Source: Octopus vulgaris (lineage: Eukaryota). Taken from it: a stretch of 64,000 nt of DNA. Made by a program: the position numbers and the translations under genes. The notes under the pieces are model-generated. The model searched no databases. It was not told the DNA's origin and saw only the letters and a list, made by a program, of their open reading frames with translations. Location of the stretch: the NCBI GenBank assembly GCA_951406725.2, contig OX597828.1:6014001-6078000 (forward strand). The letters run 5' to 3'. This document shows positions 41,164 to 53,853 of this stretch, piece by piece (the first letter of the stretch is position 1; each line of letters begins with the position of its first letter).

Positions 41164-41290
41164 AACCAAAAAATAAGCAACAAGAATGGATCGGTAGTTT
41201 AGTACAATTGTTTCATACTATAACAATTTATTAAAGCTGCAAATATTACAGCAAATATAATGTTAAGTAATCTTCAGCTAATTTCATATA
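41164..41290 (-). mobile_element. Family F4 element copy adjacent to (TA)n
   Basis: Minus strand GTATGAAACAATTGTACTAAA...ATCCATTCTTGTTGCTT matches 14006-14048. The distal boundary is unknown. Confidence 0.7.
41199..41281 (-). ncRNA. Type-I hammerhead ribozyme (GUA site)
   Basis: Minus strand reads TTAG-CTGAAGA-tTACT...AGTAt-GAAA-CAATTG-TA-CTAA. Confidence 0.75.
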
Positions 41291-44200
41291 GGTTTTCCAA
41301 ACATCTTAGAGAGTGTAAATATACTTATAAAGTTATAGATGTGAGCTCCAGGAACTTGAAGCAAGATTCTAAGCAGACCATATATGCTTTCCAACATACA
41401 CAGTTCTTAAATTACATATATACACTTAAATAGCGTGCGTTCATTTCACACATCTAGAACCACCTACTTCTCAGTAATGTATGGAACTTTCCAATTTATC
41501 CCATGTTTCCGATTCTTATAACATTTAACTTATTAACTCAGTGTAGATTTATAATCAATTTTGAAACGAATCAACCCCTCTGCCCCAATTCGATCTCACC
41601 TCGTCTTCCTCTGTCAACTACCCTTCATCATCTTACTCCTCCTACCTCGACATTCCACCCCGTGTTTCCATAAGCAACGCTTCCTTCTATCTCACTTCCT
41701 TCATTTATCGGTCCAACTCCCTCCTTTTCTTTACCCCAACTTGATCTTCCGTTAGCCCTTCATTCCTATCCATCTTTTTCCCATATTTCTTCCTTTTAGT
41801 TTTCCTCTGAAATGCAGATTTAAAATCAATTCAATTTGATCAATTATTTCAGACTGGAAGTTTTGGCTCGTGACACTAAATCTTTAAGTAATTACATTTT
41901 GAGCCTACAATCCACTTTGCCAACATAGAAATCCTCGTAATAATTTCAGAACCTTTTGAATCTGGAAATATTTTTAACCTGAGTTCAAATGAAGTATTCA
42001 CAATTGCTTAATAATTTTGCATTGTTGACTATCTATCTAAATACCTATTATATATATGTATGTGTGTATGTATATATGTATGCATCTATATATATATATA
42101 TATCATTGTTTGTTTGTCTATTTCCCTCTCTCCATTTATTTATAAATTAATTTATCTATTTATCTATCTGTCTTTCTTTCATTTTTTCTTTCTATCTATC
42201 TGTCTATCTATCTAATGTGTGTAGATATATTTTAATGTTTCATATATGAATATTATATGATTATCTAATAAGAAAGCATATATTTATATGAAATATAATC
42301 AAATATTAATGTACATATTTATATATTTATATCTTCATACAGCCTCGAAACATAAATCCATATTGTATTGAAATCTATTTGATTTGAAGAGCTGTGAAAA
42401 TTGAATTCATTCTTAACTTAAAAAAAAATTATACGCCTTTACACATTGGACAACATTGTGCAACTTCTTTGCACAAAATTCTTCTTAGATGATTCTGTAG
42501 ATTCTTAGACGGAAAATAGAAATATTCTTAATATTTCATTTGGAAAATATATCGTAAAAGTATAGTCTTTACTTAGAAAATTACTAGAAATTTATACTTA
42601 GGCGATGGATGAGAAAATGTATATGTTTAATAGCAAAGAGAGAGTGAAATATCTTACATTCAAAGCCGATTATATGATAGTTGCACTGCCTCTAAAATTA
42701 TTCGTGCTGGGAAATACTCTTAACTCTCCTCTTCCAGGATAATTGCCCAAATCGTTCTCAATTTCCGCACGAAAACGAATGGCCATAATTTGCATGAAAA
42801 TCAATAAACACCAACTTGGGCGTTATTATCTTTAACAAGTCTTTCTCAGTTTTCATGTTATCGGAGAACTTTAAACTAAAAGGATTTCAGTTTTTTAGAA
42901 ATTTCTGTCATTTCCTTTTTTTTTTTTTTTTTTTTTTCTTCGATAATCCATATTTCACTAAAATTGGCTGTTTGTGATTTGCACGCTTTGAAACTGGGAA
43001 CACTCTCTGTTCATTTCTTCAGTTGCGAATAGCAGAACCACAAGCAAACTACTACATAACTCAATACTAATGTAACTGTACCAACTGTGAAATATATTGT
43101 TAGTTATTAGTTATCCAGTTAAATCATTTACGCTAATGCGTGCACTTTGATATCATAGTAAGAGTATATTTTTCAATTGGCTGTCTTTTTATTTTTTCTT
43201 TCCGTATATCAGAAAATTCCTACTTTCTGCAGGAACTTACAATTGTTTCCATTGCATTGAATTATTGAATAATGTTTTTGACCCTGGAGTGTACAGAGCA
43301 CTCCACGTCTTCACAATAATCAAGTCAAACATGAACAATTTTTAGTGTATTAAGATCTACTATCTCACAATACTTGTTGCTCGAAAGGCTTAGCAAGTGG
43401 TTTGTCATTGTCAAACAGCAGCAGAAATTACATTGTATGGACATATAATGCTGCAGCAATTAGGCAAAACTTCGTTTTCTTTTTCTCATCCGGTCTATAG
43501 ATGAAATACAACAATAAATAATTGAATTCTTTCTACCTCAGCAGAAAGCATTTACCAAATGCAAATGAAACAACGTAAAACTATGGATTTGCCAACAATA
43601 TTACATGTTTCTGCGAAATTATTCGTCTGAAAGAGGAAACGAAATCACACCTTAAAGCTAGATATAATTTTTTGCTATGATTGTGTTTCATTTCAAAGCA
43701 AATTCAGATTTTCTATATTATTCTTTAAAACTCAAAGCAAAGTATCATTTGATGGCAATAGAGGAAATGGATTGTTTAACGAACGTGTCGTATTAAATAG
43801 TGAATGCAGTGAAATCGCTGCAGATGAGAATCGAAACATAACACTGTCACATCGTGAGTCATTTTTAATCTCCGCTGAAGAAACAATTACACTGTACGAA
43901 TTGATGGGATCCAGAGAAAGAGACAAGATTTACATTTCTGCTTCCATTTAATTTACTTGCATCTTTAAACTGCATTGGAAACGCCACGTTGAATTTGAAT
44001 AACCATGTGGTATAGGAGATAACCGTACTGTATATACTGTTTGTGGTACTGGGTCATGTCACAATGAAACCATGTTTTTCACAGAGGTAGGATGCAATGA
44101 AATGTTAATAGGATTTTCTTGTTCTTATTTTATAACCATTAGTCAGGCTTATTTTAGCAGATTCAAGACCATAGACATTATCACCGAGATGTATAGGTGG

Positions 44201-45643
44201 TCTTTATTTGCAGTATCCTTTTACTTTTAAGAGAACATGTGATTTGGTGGAGCAATGGTTATTTTAAGAGGCTATCGACATTATGAACGCTTCCTCTTCA
44301 TTGTCACTTAGTAGATATATAATTGGATTAGGTATATACATTCTATATGCAGCTTCCAATACGACATTCATTTGCCTCCATTGGAACCAGCTTCTGGGAT
44401 AAGGCAACGTCTGTTCCACTACAAGAATGCAGTTTATTCAGTAATGCTTAGTTCTCTCCGTACGTTGTGAGAAGCAATATTCCACAACGCCTGTCGATAA
44501 AATTCGACAATATTTTTGCCATTATTATAGCAAAGAAATGATTAAATAAATGATGCTATATATATAAACGATTTCTTTTGAAACGCGCGTTAAATCATGA
44601 TATTGCCTTTTTATTACGAATGTTTAACAGTGATTATAATTGTTAGTGTGGTTTTACAGTATTATGGCAACTAATTTTCCTCTGTTTGTGAAAATTTGAT
44701 TTCTTAGCTAAATGTTATATAGTCAAAACATCTTTATAGTACAATGGGAACGTCTTTGATCATAGATCTCAACAATTAAATTTGGCTTATTGTTAAGTAA
44801 CAACACATCTATTGAAACTACATCGCATTCGAGCTTAGAGAGCAACATATCTTTCTATAAACACAATGCCATGCTGCGAGGAATAGTGATATTCTTTATG
44901 CATATAGCAGTCTATATTCTCTTTCTAAGAAAACTTAATAGGTTGATAGCAGGTGCTTTATTCCTGATACATGAATATCAAATATTGTATATACCAGATA
45001 TAGCTAATCATTTGGTTCGTACATATAATATAAATCGAAACATTAAAGTCTGAAGGGATATGCATCTATATCTTTGCTATTATGTTAAACTGCCGTACGT
45101 CCACTTTTGACCAAATGCGTTTTAATTTCCAATATTTATTTTTGCTTGCAATAGCCGTTTCTTTTTTGTCAATCTATCGTATCTCCAGTTGCTTCAGATA
45201 CCAAGATATCAAAAATTCTCAAAACGTGGTACAACGGTTTTGCTATGGAATGGTGAAACTATTTCTTTCGTTTTCTGAAAAAGCAATGTTCTGGACATAC
45301 GACACTTTTGCACGATAGCAACGATATGTCGGTGCACATATACATATGCGTAGAATTTTATAATTTTTTTGAGCCGTTAAATTTATTAATATGTAGAAAA
45401 AAGTAAACAATTGATTAATGGTCATATTTTATGTTAATATACATATATTAGCCATAAATTTAATATGAATATATGAAGAATAACTACTAATAAATGTATT
45501 TGCAAAACATCAACTCAAATCATAAACTCATTTGCTTACATGCATGCGTTTACACTTATATACATATATGTATTATATATACATACATACAAACATACAT
45601 TCATATATATACATACATACATACATACATGTTTACATACATA

Positions 45644-47155
45644 AGCTGCTCTTCAAAACTATATAGCCAGAGCACTGTCTGTGTTTTCTGGCGAACTATA
45701 CTAGCCAAATTCATGAACCTCACCTCTCGATAGGAAATGGAACAGAAGTAAGGCATTACAATATTCAAATTAATTGAAATCTAAAAAAGAATTTGATAAT
45801 AGCTCAAAAAAACATACAGGCCCAGAAAACTCCTGTTATAACGTTAGTTTCAATAATGTAGCAAAAATGATGTAAAACAGGGCAAGTATGATATATTTCA
45901 ATGATATTCTCATGCAAGACATCAACAACTGGGAGCTTGAACACTACCCTGCTGAATTACTTCAAAGACGCGATTTCCTGCTCCCAGTCAACTTCTGCAG
46001 CAGGTCAAGTGGAAATTCTTCCCAGTCTGTGTTTATTGCCATTTCAAGTTCACCAACAGATGAATACTCCTTGCCTTCATTGCACACAACATTCGTGAGA
46101 TATCCCCCATGCATTCTCTACAGGATTAAGGTCGGGACTTCTTGCTGGCCTTGGCATGACTTCAACCCCAATTGCATGGAGGAAATCCAAAGTTGCCCTT
46201 GTCTTATGGATAGTAGCATTGTCTTGTTCAAATGTTCAAAGTATCTTGCAGCATTCAAACATCCATCCATGATGACCAGTGGCAACGGCCTATTGGCAGA
46301 TATTGATCCGTACACCATAATACCTCCTCCGCTGTTCTGCCACTTGGAATAATTAGAATTGTGTATATATTTATCTGCCCAGTAATATTTATAACCGTCA
46401 GAGAAATCGATACACCCTTGTTTTTCATCAGATATCAGCACCCCGGACCATTCGCCATCCAATCTCTGATGCTGCCAAACAATCTGACAGCTTTATGGGA
46501 TGGGCACAATAACGGACGTCCCAGCTGCTTCTTCATGTGGAAATCATGGTTCAAAATCCCTTTTCTTATGGTGAATGTCGAGGTTTCTAATCCTGCTGAT
46601 TCTTTGATTTCGGAAACAGAAAACAAGCCTGACTTCTTCACAGTTCTTACAATGGCCCTTCCATCCCTTTCTGATGTAGCTTCGGGACGACCTCTACCAG
46701 CAGGAATTCTTGTCTAGTCGTCAGGATCTTTCAGATAACTATCCACTGGCGTTCTGCTTCACCGAATCGTCTTGGCAATCTTCAGGTTACACATTCCTTC
46801 CACTAGCGGAGCAAGAATCTTCCCTTGTTCAATTTCGGAAAACTTTGTAGCTTCAGGCATAGCGGAAATGTAATCTGGCTCACGGAGAATATGATTGAGT
46901 CGAATATTTACCGAAACAATCTGGAAAGAAATGAAAATGTATAATTGACTTTATAGCTTTGAAATGTTGATATGCTAGGAAAAATTGGAAAATCAGTTGT
47001 TGTAATGTCTTAAGAATGGTACCAGGTTTACATTTCAAAATATTCACGAAATGCTCATTTACAATATATTATACCACCCACTCCACTGAGATACAGAGCT
47101 GAATTTCAAAATAACTTTAAAAAAGCATGTGGCTTATAGTTTTGAATAATGATTT
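45644..47155 (-). mobile_element. Degenerate Tc1/Tc3-like transposon
   Basis: TIR remnants TTCAAAACTATATAGCC (45652-45668) and GGCTTATAGTTTTGAA (47131-47146) flank the transposase relic. Confidence 0.75.
45890..46860 (-). pseudogene. Tc3-like transposase pseudogene
   Basis: ATG at 46860 gives MPEATKFSEIEQGKI...SYLKDPD...GRGRP; later WSGVLISDEK...DGYKYYW...NSGGGIMVYGSIS. Stops and frameshifts are present, and the 3' end is approximate. Confidence 0.8.
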
Positions 47156-48153
47156 ACATATACATATTCCTATATTTATACTTATTTACACAGACAACAA
47201 CAAATATATGTAGTGATCAGCAAAATATATGCCAGGAAAGATCAGTCGTTAAATGTAATACAGAGAGGATTTCCAAACCAAAGAATCACAAATAATTCTT
47301 CTCGCTGACGGCTGGATAAGATAACCGGAACTAATACTGTTCTTATGGATAGCACACCGAGTCCATATTGCTTCGGTTAGGCGCTTTCTGAGAAGGATGC
47401 TTCGAAAACATTTGGTTGTATGTTTTTAGATTATAGGCAGTGCATATTTAGAATCGATACAAGAGAAGGAGTCTGCTTTAGATTAAAAATTGGCAGTAAC
47501 ATCGGTTTGTACGGAACAGCCATGTTGAAGTGGCGACAATCATTGCTTCTCAGCTTATTTACTAAAAATCATCTCTAAAAGAGATTTTCTAACTGCCATA
47601 TTTGGAAAATTTTAAAAGATTTATCTCACCTTATAATGTTCCGATTGTTTTGATAAAACCGAATAAGTATTAAATTTGTTTCTAGGAAAACTTAAATGAC
47701 TACAGAATAGAGAATATTGGAAACGTATTATTGTAAAAAAGGCAAAGGAAGCGCAGATAGGAACTTGAATGGAATTAGAATAGAAACGAAGGATGTAAGC
47801 AAATAGGAAGTGAGAGAGAGAAAGAATAAAAACAAAAAAGAAATAGAAAAAAGAATGCAGATTAAGAGAAACAGAGGGGAAGAAAGAAGCAAAGAAAACA
47901 AAAAAGAAAGTAAGGAGAAAGTGGAGAAAGGAAGAAATGAAGAAAAAAGTCCTAGTCGTTATAACCAACACTTCCAAGTGGATGTGCTAATTAGTATTCT
48001 TCACAAAGATTATCACTAATTACTAATTATTATACATAGCCTGGGTGGGCTGTGCAGAAATGAGCAGCTCTTCCACATATCACTGACTGTTCAGCCAGTG
48101 TTAAACAATATCGGCTTAACTGATTTTGGGGCTGGTAGTCGGTGGTTAGCTGC

Positions 48154-48201
48154 CTGGAGCTGATGATCTGGAATTTACGGTGAAATCGTGCGATACAACA
48201 G
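48154..48201 (+). ncRNA. Candidate hammerhead ribozyme with imperfect stem I
   Basis: CTGgaG-CTGATGA-tCTG gaattta CGGt-GAAA-TCGTGCGA-TA-CaaCAG. Confidence 0.4.
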
Positions 48202-49268
48202 TACTATTCGCCCAAGATGGCAAAATGTCCTCAGCCACTGTGATGTTTGCTGTTAACCAATTGTCATCTAAATGAAATGATTTCTAGGGGCGTTTACCGC
48301 CGTCTACTACGTTATAAGCCACGCTTACACGATAGGTTGAGTGTCCTAATTAATATAGAAAAAACTGTTTATTTTACTTTTGCTTTCTAAAGGGAGAATG
48401 GATGTTGAATTTGTATTACCTCACTCGATGTTTAGTACACAGTTTTATTTAGTCATGGTAATGTCTACTCCGTAGATGTTTGTTTCTGCAATGTATGATA
48501 AATCAAGAAGGCATACATTTGTATCATTGAGTTTGCAGTCTTCTTCGGACAATTTGTTTGGCTTGCTTAAGTTTTCTATTGAGAGTTTTCTTTCAGTTTA
48601 TTTATACTGAATAATTTTTTTTTACATTAAAATAAGTACTTGGGTAGATACGAGAGATTACATCATTGGAGGTGTTTTAGACCAATGACTGAAAAGAAGT
48701 GAAAGTATAAGAAATAGAAATATACACTGTTAGACAGAATCAGGCTTGCAAAGCGAACATCAGTTCCTTCTTTGTGTATTATACTGCATTAAGTAAATAG
48801 ATACTTCTGTTATTAAAAGTGTCAGAACTTAAGCTATCTTCCATCACTCAAATCTGATATCATGGCTTGGAATCGATTGAAGAAATGAAATCGTATCACT
48901 CTTCCTCCAACTGTCACAAAATAAGACCTTATATTGGTAATATTTTGCATTTTATTTTGATTTCTATTTTTTCATTCATTTGCAAGAAGAAATTGTTTAA
49001 GCTCACTGGTATAAATTATTTCGCAGCATTTCCTCAAAGGTCTCTTGTTAATTTCAACTTATACTTCATATAATGGAATTACCATTACATTTTTGTTCCT
49101 TTCTCTCTCAATGAATCATTGCATGTGACGCAAAAACAAAATGGTTGCCAAAAGATACAAATTAAAAGGTCAGAGTGACCTACAACTACTGTTCAACTTT
49201 GTTCATATTATTCTCTCGTCGTATGCAATTGTATAAGATTATATGCTATATGCGCATGCATGCATGTT

Positions 49269-49331
<63 letters not shown>

Positions 49332-50540
49332 ATTTGTGTATGTGTACTTCTATTCAAACGTTTATATAAGTGCGGATGTATTTGTGTATGTGTGCCTATA
49401 GTGCATCTTATTTTCATATTGTCATTTTTTCTATATTGGAAGCATAAATAGATTTTGCGCTTTTGATGCTAAAATATTGATTATCATGACCCTGAAGCCA
49501 AACTTGTCATAAAAAAAAGAAATCCGATAATAAAAATGATAATAATATTATTAATAGAATTAAGTATATGTATAAAGAAATACATAATGTATATTCTCAT
49601 TATATATCCTTACTTATATACAGCCAACGATTATAAATTGCATGATGCATATGGCTTTTAGAATATGCATATACATTTTAGAGGAAATACAAAAAATAAA
49701 CGAGTTAAAAATGCTAAAAACTATATTTGTATATTTCAATGCTTGTGTGTATGTGTGGAGGTGTATTTGTGTACGTTTGTGTATGATAAAGATAGAGAAA
49801 ATGCGTTGTGTGTTTATGTGTATGTGTATTTCAATGAGAAGAATAAGTTTTGTGTCTGCACATCAATTACGATGGTCTCTTGAGAACACTGATACATATA
49901 CATTCATCAATTAATAGAAAACATATGTAGATATTGATTTTTACACAAATATAAGCACAAGGATTCAGATTTACTGGGAAGGTTTGGGGATCAGATTTTA
50001 GTCTGTGATATACATGTTCTTTCAAAATCAATGACAATATAAGAAAACTGAAATAAATTCATCTTAGAAAAGGTCTTGTATTTAGTTCTCTAAATCTGTT
50101 TATTGCCGTCTGGAACTGTAATGTTTCGATTAAAATTAAATGAGTACTAAAACCCGAGGAGTATTCTTACTGTCGAAAACCTGTAACTGGAATTAGTTTT
50201 AATGGATGAAGTGTTTAGGAAAGCAAACATGTTTTCATTGAATCATGAGAGGGCCATTACCTGTTTCAACACATGAGTTCACATTAAGAATCTAAAAAGC
50301 CAAATACAAAAAGGGAAAGATAAAGATTTCATAGAAATTAGGAGTGGCCATGAAAGAAAATAAGTTCGAGTAGACGTATGCTATTTACAGTGGCATGTAT
50401 GTTTGTGTTGGTTGTAGTGGATCCATTTGTTTAATAATCGGCATAACTCGCGCGTTGTTGATATACAAACAGTCTGCTAAATATATGGATATAGGGAAAG
50501 AAAGACGTGTAGAAATATCTTAATACTTAATTTATTCATA

Positions 50541-51012
50541 TCAGGTCATCCCACAAGTTCTGTCCGATTTTACCTTTTATAAAACTGAATGAAATTTAAT
50601 AGTATTTAAGAATGTCTAATGGAATTAAAAAAAATTTTTGTGCATTTGTGTACATTTAAACTAATTAAATATTATTTTAAGGAATAATCAAATTAAAATG
50701 TCTTTGATTAAAACACTTTCTAACATGGAAGTATCCAAAGAGCATTTGAGTACAAAAAAGGAAACTCTGCAGCCGAAGCGACTCGAAACATACACTCAGT
50801 TTATGGGAAAGAATGCTTGAATGAAAGAACTTGCAGAAGATGGTTTGCAAAATTCAGAAGTAGAGATTGAAGATGAAGATCGAACAGGACGTCCAGTTTA
50901 TTTTGATGATAAGCTCTTTGAGTCATTACTTGAAGAACATCCTGTATTATCAGTTGAAGAATTGGCAATAAAGCTTAGTTCAAGCCATACAACTGTTCAT
51001 CGTCGTTTTCAA
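50541..51012 (+). mobile_element. Mariner 5' fragment (TIR plus N-terminal HTH)
   Basis: TA-TCAGGTCATCCCACAAG terminus. ATG at 50725 gives MEVSKEHL, then EYKKGNSAAEATRNIHSVYG...ERTCRRWFAKFRS...EDEDRTGRP...LSVEELAIKLSSSHTTVHR. Confidence 0.85.
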
Positions 51013-51332
51013 CACATATACGTAACTGTCGAACAATGAGAATGAGTTATGAACACCACATTACTGGATAAAATGTCTTTATTTGTGAATTAAGGTTGCC
51101 TTTCGTTCGTGTTAAGACAATATCTTAATATCTTAACAGTTTTTCAAGCCGATCATATGGAGGATTTGTTTTTATCTTCATGATAGTTCTCGGAAATTCA
51201 CCATAATGTCTCGTAAAGAAAGAAGAAATCAATGGGCGCAAGTCTTGAATGACAACTTTTGGGTGATTATCTCCCCTTGGTTTCCTTTTTGGAAAGAAAA
51301 TCTGTGCTGTATGATGAGTTTGTCTGCAATAT

Positions 51333-51389
51333 ATTATATTATATTATATTATATTATATTATATTATATTATATTATATTATATTATAT
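51333..51389. repeat. (ATATT)n pentanucleotide repeat
   Basis: Directly visible. Confidence 0.9.
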
Positions 51390-52254
51390 ACAAGGTATAT
51401 AAAATCTTGGTATGTTTGGGTGTGGAGAGAGTTCATCAGGAGGCATGCATCTTCTATATGTGGAATTCATGTGTTGTATATATTGAATGTTCACGTTAAG
51501 GGTACGAAACTATCCTTGTGGGATCGGCGGGGTTGTTGGTTGTTCCTCATAGAAATATCGGTGTGTAAAATATTGTGTAAAATATTCACTCTCTGGCTGT
51601 ACATTTTTTCACTTTGTTATTTAGATCTGTCAGTGGGGAGGGGGATTTTATTTTTGGTTGGATGGAGACAAAGAGTTTTTTTCTATTTATAGACATAGGA
51701 AGGGGTAGTACAAATGTTAAAACCATAAACCTATTCTCATTTTGAGGAAATCAGTTTAGATACATTTGAATGTATTATAGCAAAAAAGCTAATAGGTTGA
51801 AGTTAGAGGAGTAGGGGAACATATACTACTAGCGCTCTAAAGGTTTTAATGTCCCTTACCATTTGACATCCAGATTCTATATTAAGAAATTTAAGTAAAT
51901 ATTCTTTAGATAATTTTCTAAATGATTTCAATAAATGTTAGTACCTTATATAGGGATAGAAAATATAGAAATCATTTCATATTTATATAAAATATATATA
52001 TATCCATTTCTTTTAATATATAGTCATAATTAGCTAGTAAAAGTTGATTTGTTTAATGAGTTCATTTAAAAGAATATGTTAGACAGTATTTACTACCCGT
52101 GGAGAAAACCTTTATCAATTTAGTAAATATATCGGGAGTCGATAAGATATATTAAAATGTAATGGAAGGGGAGTAATCATCATGAACCAAGTAAGTTCCC
52201 TAGATATATGGAATTTTTTTCCATCCAATATAGGAGAGTATAAAAAAAACATAT

Positions 52255-52400
52255 TCCTATGTTTTAAAATTTCATATGTCTCCATAGAATAAAGTTCACA
52301 TCCATCTCTACTATTTTTATAAGGCCGTGCCTTTCTTATTATATCCCATTTTAGGTTAAATTCGATATTTTTTTCTTTCAGTATCCCAAATTTTACTGGT
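52255..52400 (-). pseudogene. Fragment resembling the C-terminal part of a Penelope-like element GIY-YIG endonuclease
   Basis: SKIWD (frameshift) LKEKNIEFNLKWDIIRKARPYKNSRDGCELYSMETYEILKH; compare the pattern LS..IW.LK...I.Y.IKW.I...A.PY......C.LC..E...I. Confidence 0.6.
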
Positions 52401-52489
52401 TCAAAATGTAATTTATTAATGTATAATAATGACTTTAAATAATAGCTGTCTTTATTTCGGATGTAATACTTACTTTGTTTAACAAAATG

Positions 52490-52651
52490 AAGTAGCATGA
52501 AACAATTGTACTACTCTACCTCGGATATACTTGTTGCTTATTTTGATCGTAATCACCCCATTTGATTTATATGGAGAATACCATACAGAATTCAAACTTC
52601 TGGTGCCTTTGACTTAGGTACCATATTCATCTGAATCTAAATTTTGCTGAA

Positions 52652-52654
<3 letters not shown>
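52490..52654 (+). mobile_element. 5'-truncated family F4 element (half hammerhead) ending in (TA)n
   Basis: GAAA-CAATTG-TA-CTA at 52499-52513. The downstream sequence matches 14040-14136. Stem TGGTGCCT/AGGTACCA lies at 52601-52623. Confidence 0.7.
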
Positions 52655-52685
<31 letters not shown>

Positions 52686-52687
<2 letters not shown>

Positions 52688-53116
52688 CATAATTAAATCT
52701 CAGAATGAGATTGAAACAGTAATCCCTCGATAATGTAAAGTATAGAAGCCATCTTATCATGGCTAACCACATTGGGGAGGGGGTGTTACTGTAGCTTTAT
52801 AGCCGAAGAGATCTTCGTCTATAGCTGGCTTTAGACACAATATCTGTGTCTATGGAGTATTTGCAAGGGAGGCCATCCCTTCCTCGCAAGCCTGAGTGAT
52901 ACGCTCGAACTAGTTTCGGGATTGTTGTCCCTCGTTCGAGCGTATCACTCAGGCTTGCGAGGAAGGGATGGCCTCCCTTTGCAATTACTCCAAGGACTCA
53001 GATATTGTGTCTAAAGCCAGCTATAGACGAAGATCTCTTGGGGCTATAAAGCTACAGTAACACCCCCTCCCCAATGTGGTTAGCCATGATAAGATGGCTT
53101 CTATACTTTACATTAT
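52686..53116. mobile_element. Fold-back element, family F7, in (TA)n: ~181-bp arms around a truncated hammerhead
   Basis: Arms are 52730-52910 and 52934-53116. The 23-bp spacer reads on the minus strand GA-GGGA caacaa TCCC-GAAA-CTA(G-TT). Confidence 0.85.
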
Positions 53117-53135
53117 ATATATATAGTTATATATA

Positions 53136-53258
53136 TTACTCTTTTTTACTCTTTTACTCTTTTACTTGTTTCAGTCATTTGACTGCGGCCATGCTGGAGC
53201 ACCGCTTTTAGTCGAGAAAATTGATCCCGGGACTTATTCTTTGTAAGCCTAGTACTTA
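53136..53258 (-). mobile_element. Main SINE 3' fragment with (AAAAGAGT)n tail
   Basis: TTTTACTCTTTTACTTGTTTCAGTCATTTGACTGCGGCCATGCTGGAGCACCGC matches 16644-16750. Confidence 0.85.
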
Positions 53259-53264
53259 TGCTAT

Positions 53265-53853
53265 TCGCTATGGATCTCAACACCGGGTTGACGATGACTT
53301 TGGGAAATGGATAGAATTCTACAGATGCTAGATAGAATTTTGCAGGTGCCAGATCTGGCGAATAGGGCGGGAGCGGAAACGATATCCTGTTGTTTATGGC
53401 GAGAAACTGGTGCGTGGGGATCGTTCAATTAAAGTAATGTTATGAGAAACTTTTCGCGCTCGACATAGGAAGTCGTCTTCGCCGAATGTTCTCCCTCGAA
53501 CGCTTCAAAATATCGCATTTCTTCCGCTTTTGAAGTACCTGTCTCACTCGAAGCATTACATACAACCCATTGTTTCGTCGCTGTAAGCTTGCCGAAGTAT
53601 GCTCAATGTCTCTGTAGCAGACTTGCCAAGTTTAACATAAAATTTCACGTTCACCGCTTCTTCCTGTCCATGACAAATTCGCAGACTACAGCAGACACGT
53701 GACCACAAAACACAAATTTCACTACTTGAGAAGTAAACACAGCGATGTCACTCGTAAAGGTCATATATAACTCTTACTTTGCACGTAACCGTGTGCTGCC
53801 AACTGTTGGCACGCTAAAGTACTAGTCCGAGAAAGTTTTGACACCACCTCGTA
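53265..53853 (-). mobile_element. Internally deleted mariner
   Basis: Minus-strand terminus TACGAGGTGGTGTCAAAACTTTC. ATG at 53671 is followed by VNVKFYVKLGKSATETLSILRQAY...FKSGR, and a PPYSPDLAP motif lies at 53370-53344. Confidence 0.85.

Noticed and set aside
43732-43950. Open frames on both strands in unique sequence
   Set aside because: No convincing splice sites or recognisable motif; compatible with chance.
52255-52654. Idea that the F4 fragment is the inverted pLTR of the adjacent GIY-YIG relic
   Set aside because: No F4-like sequence is visible at the relic's expected 3' end (about 51.0-51.2 kb), so only adjacency is supported.
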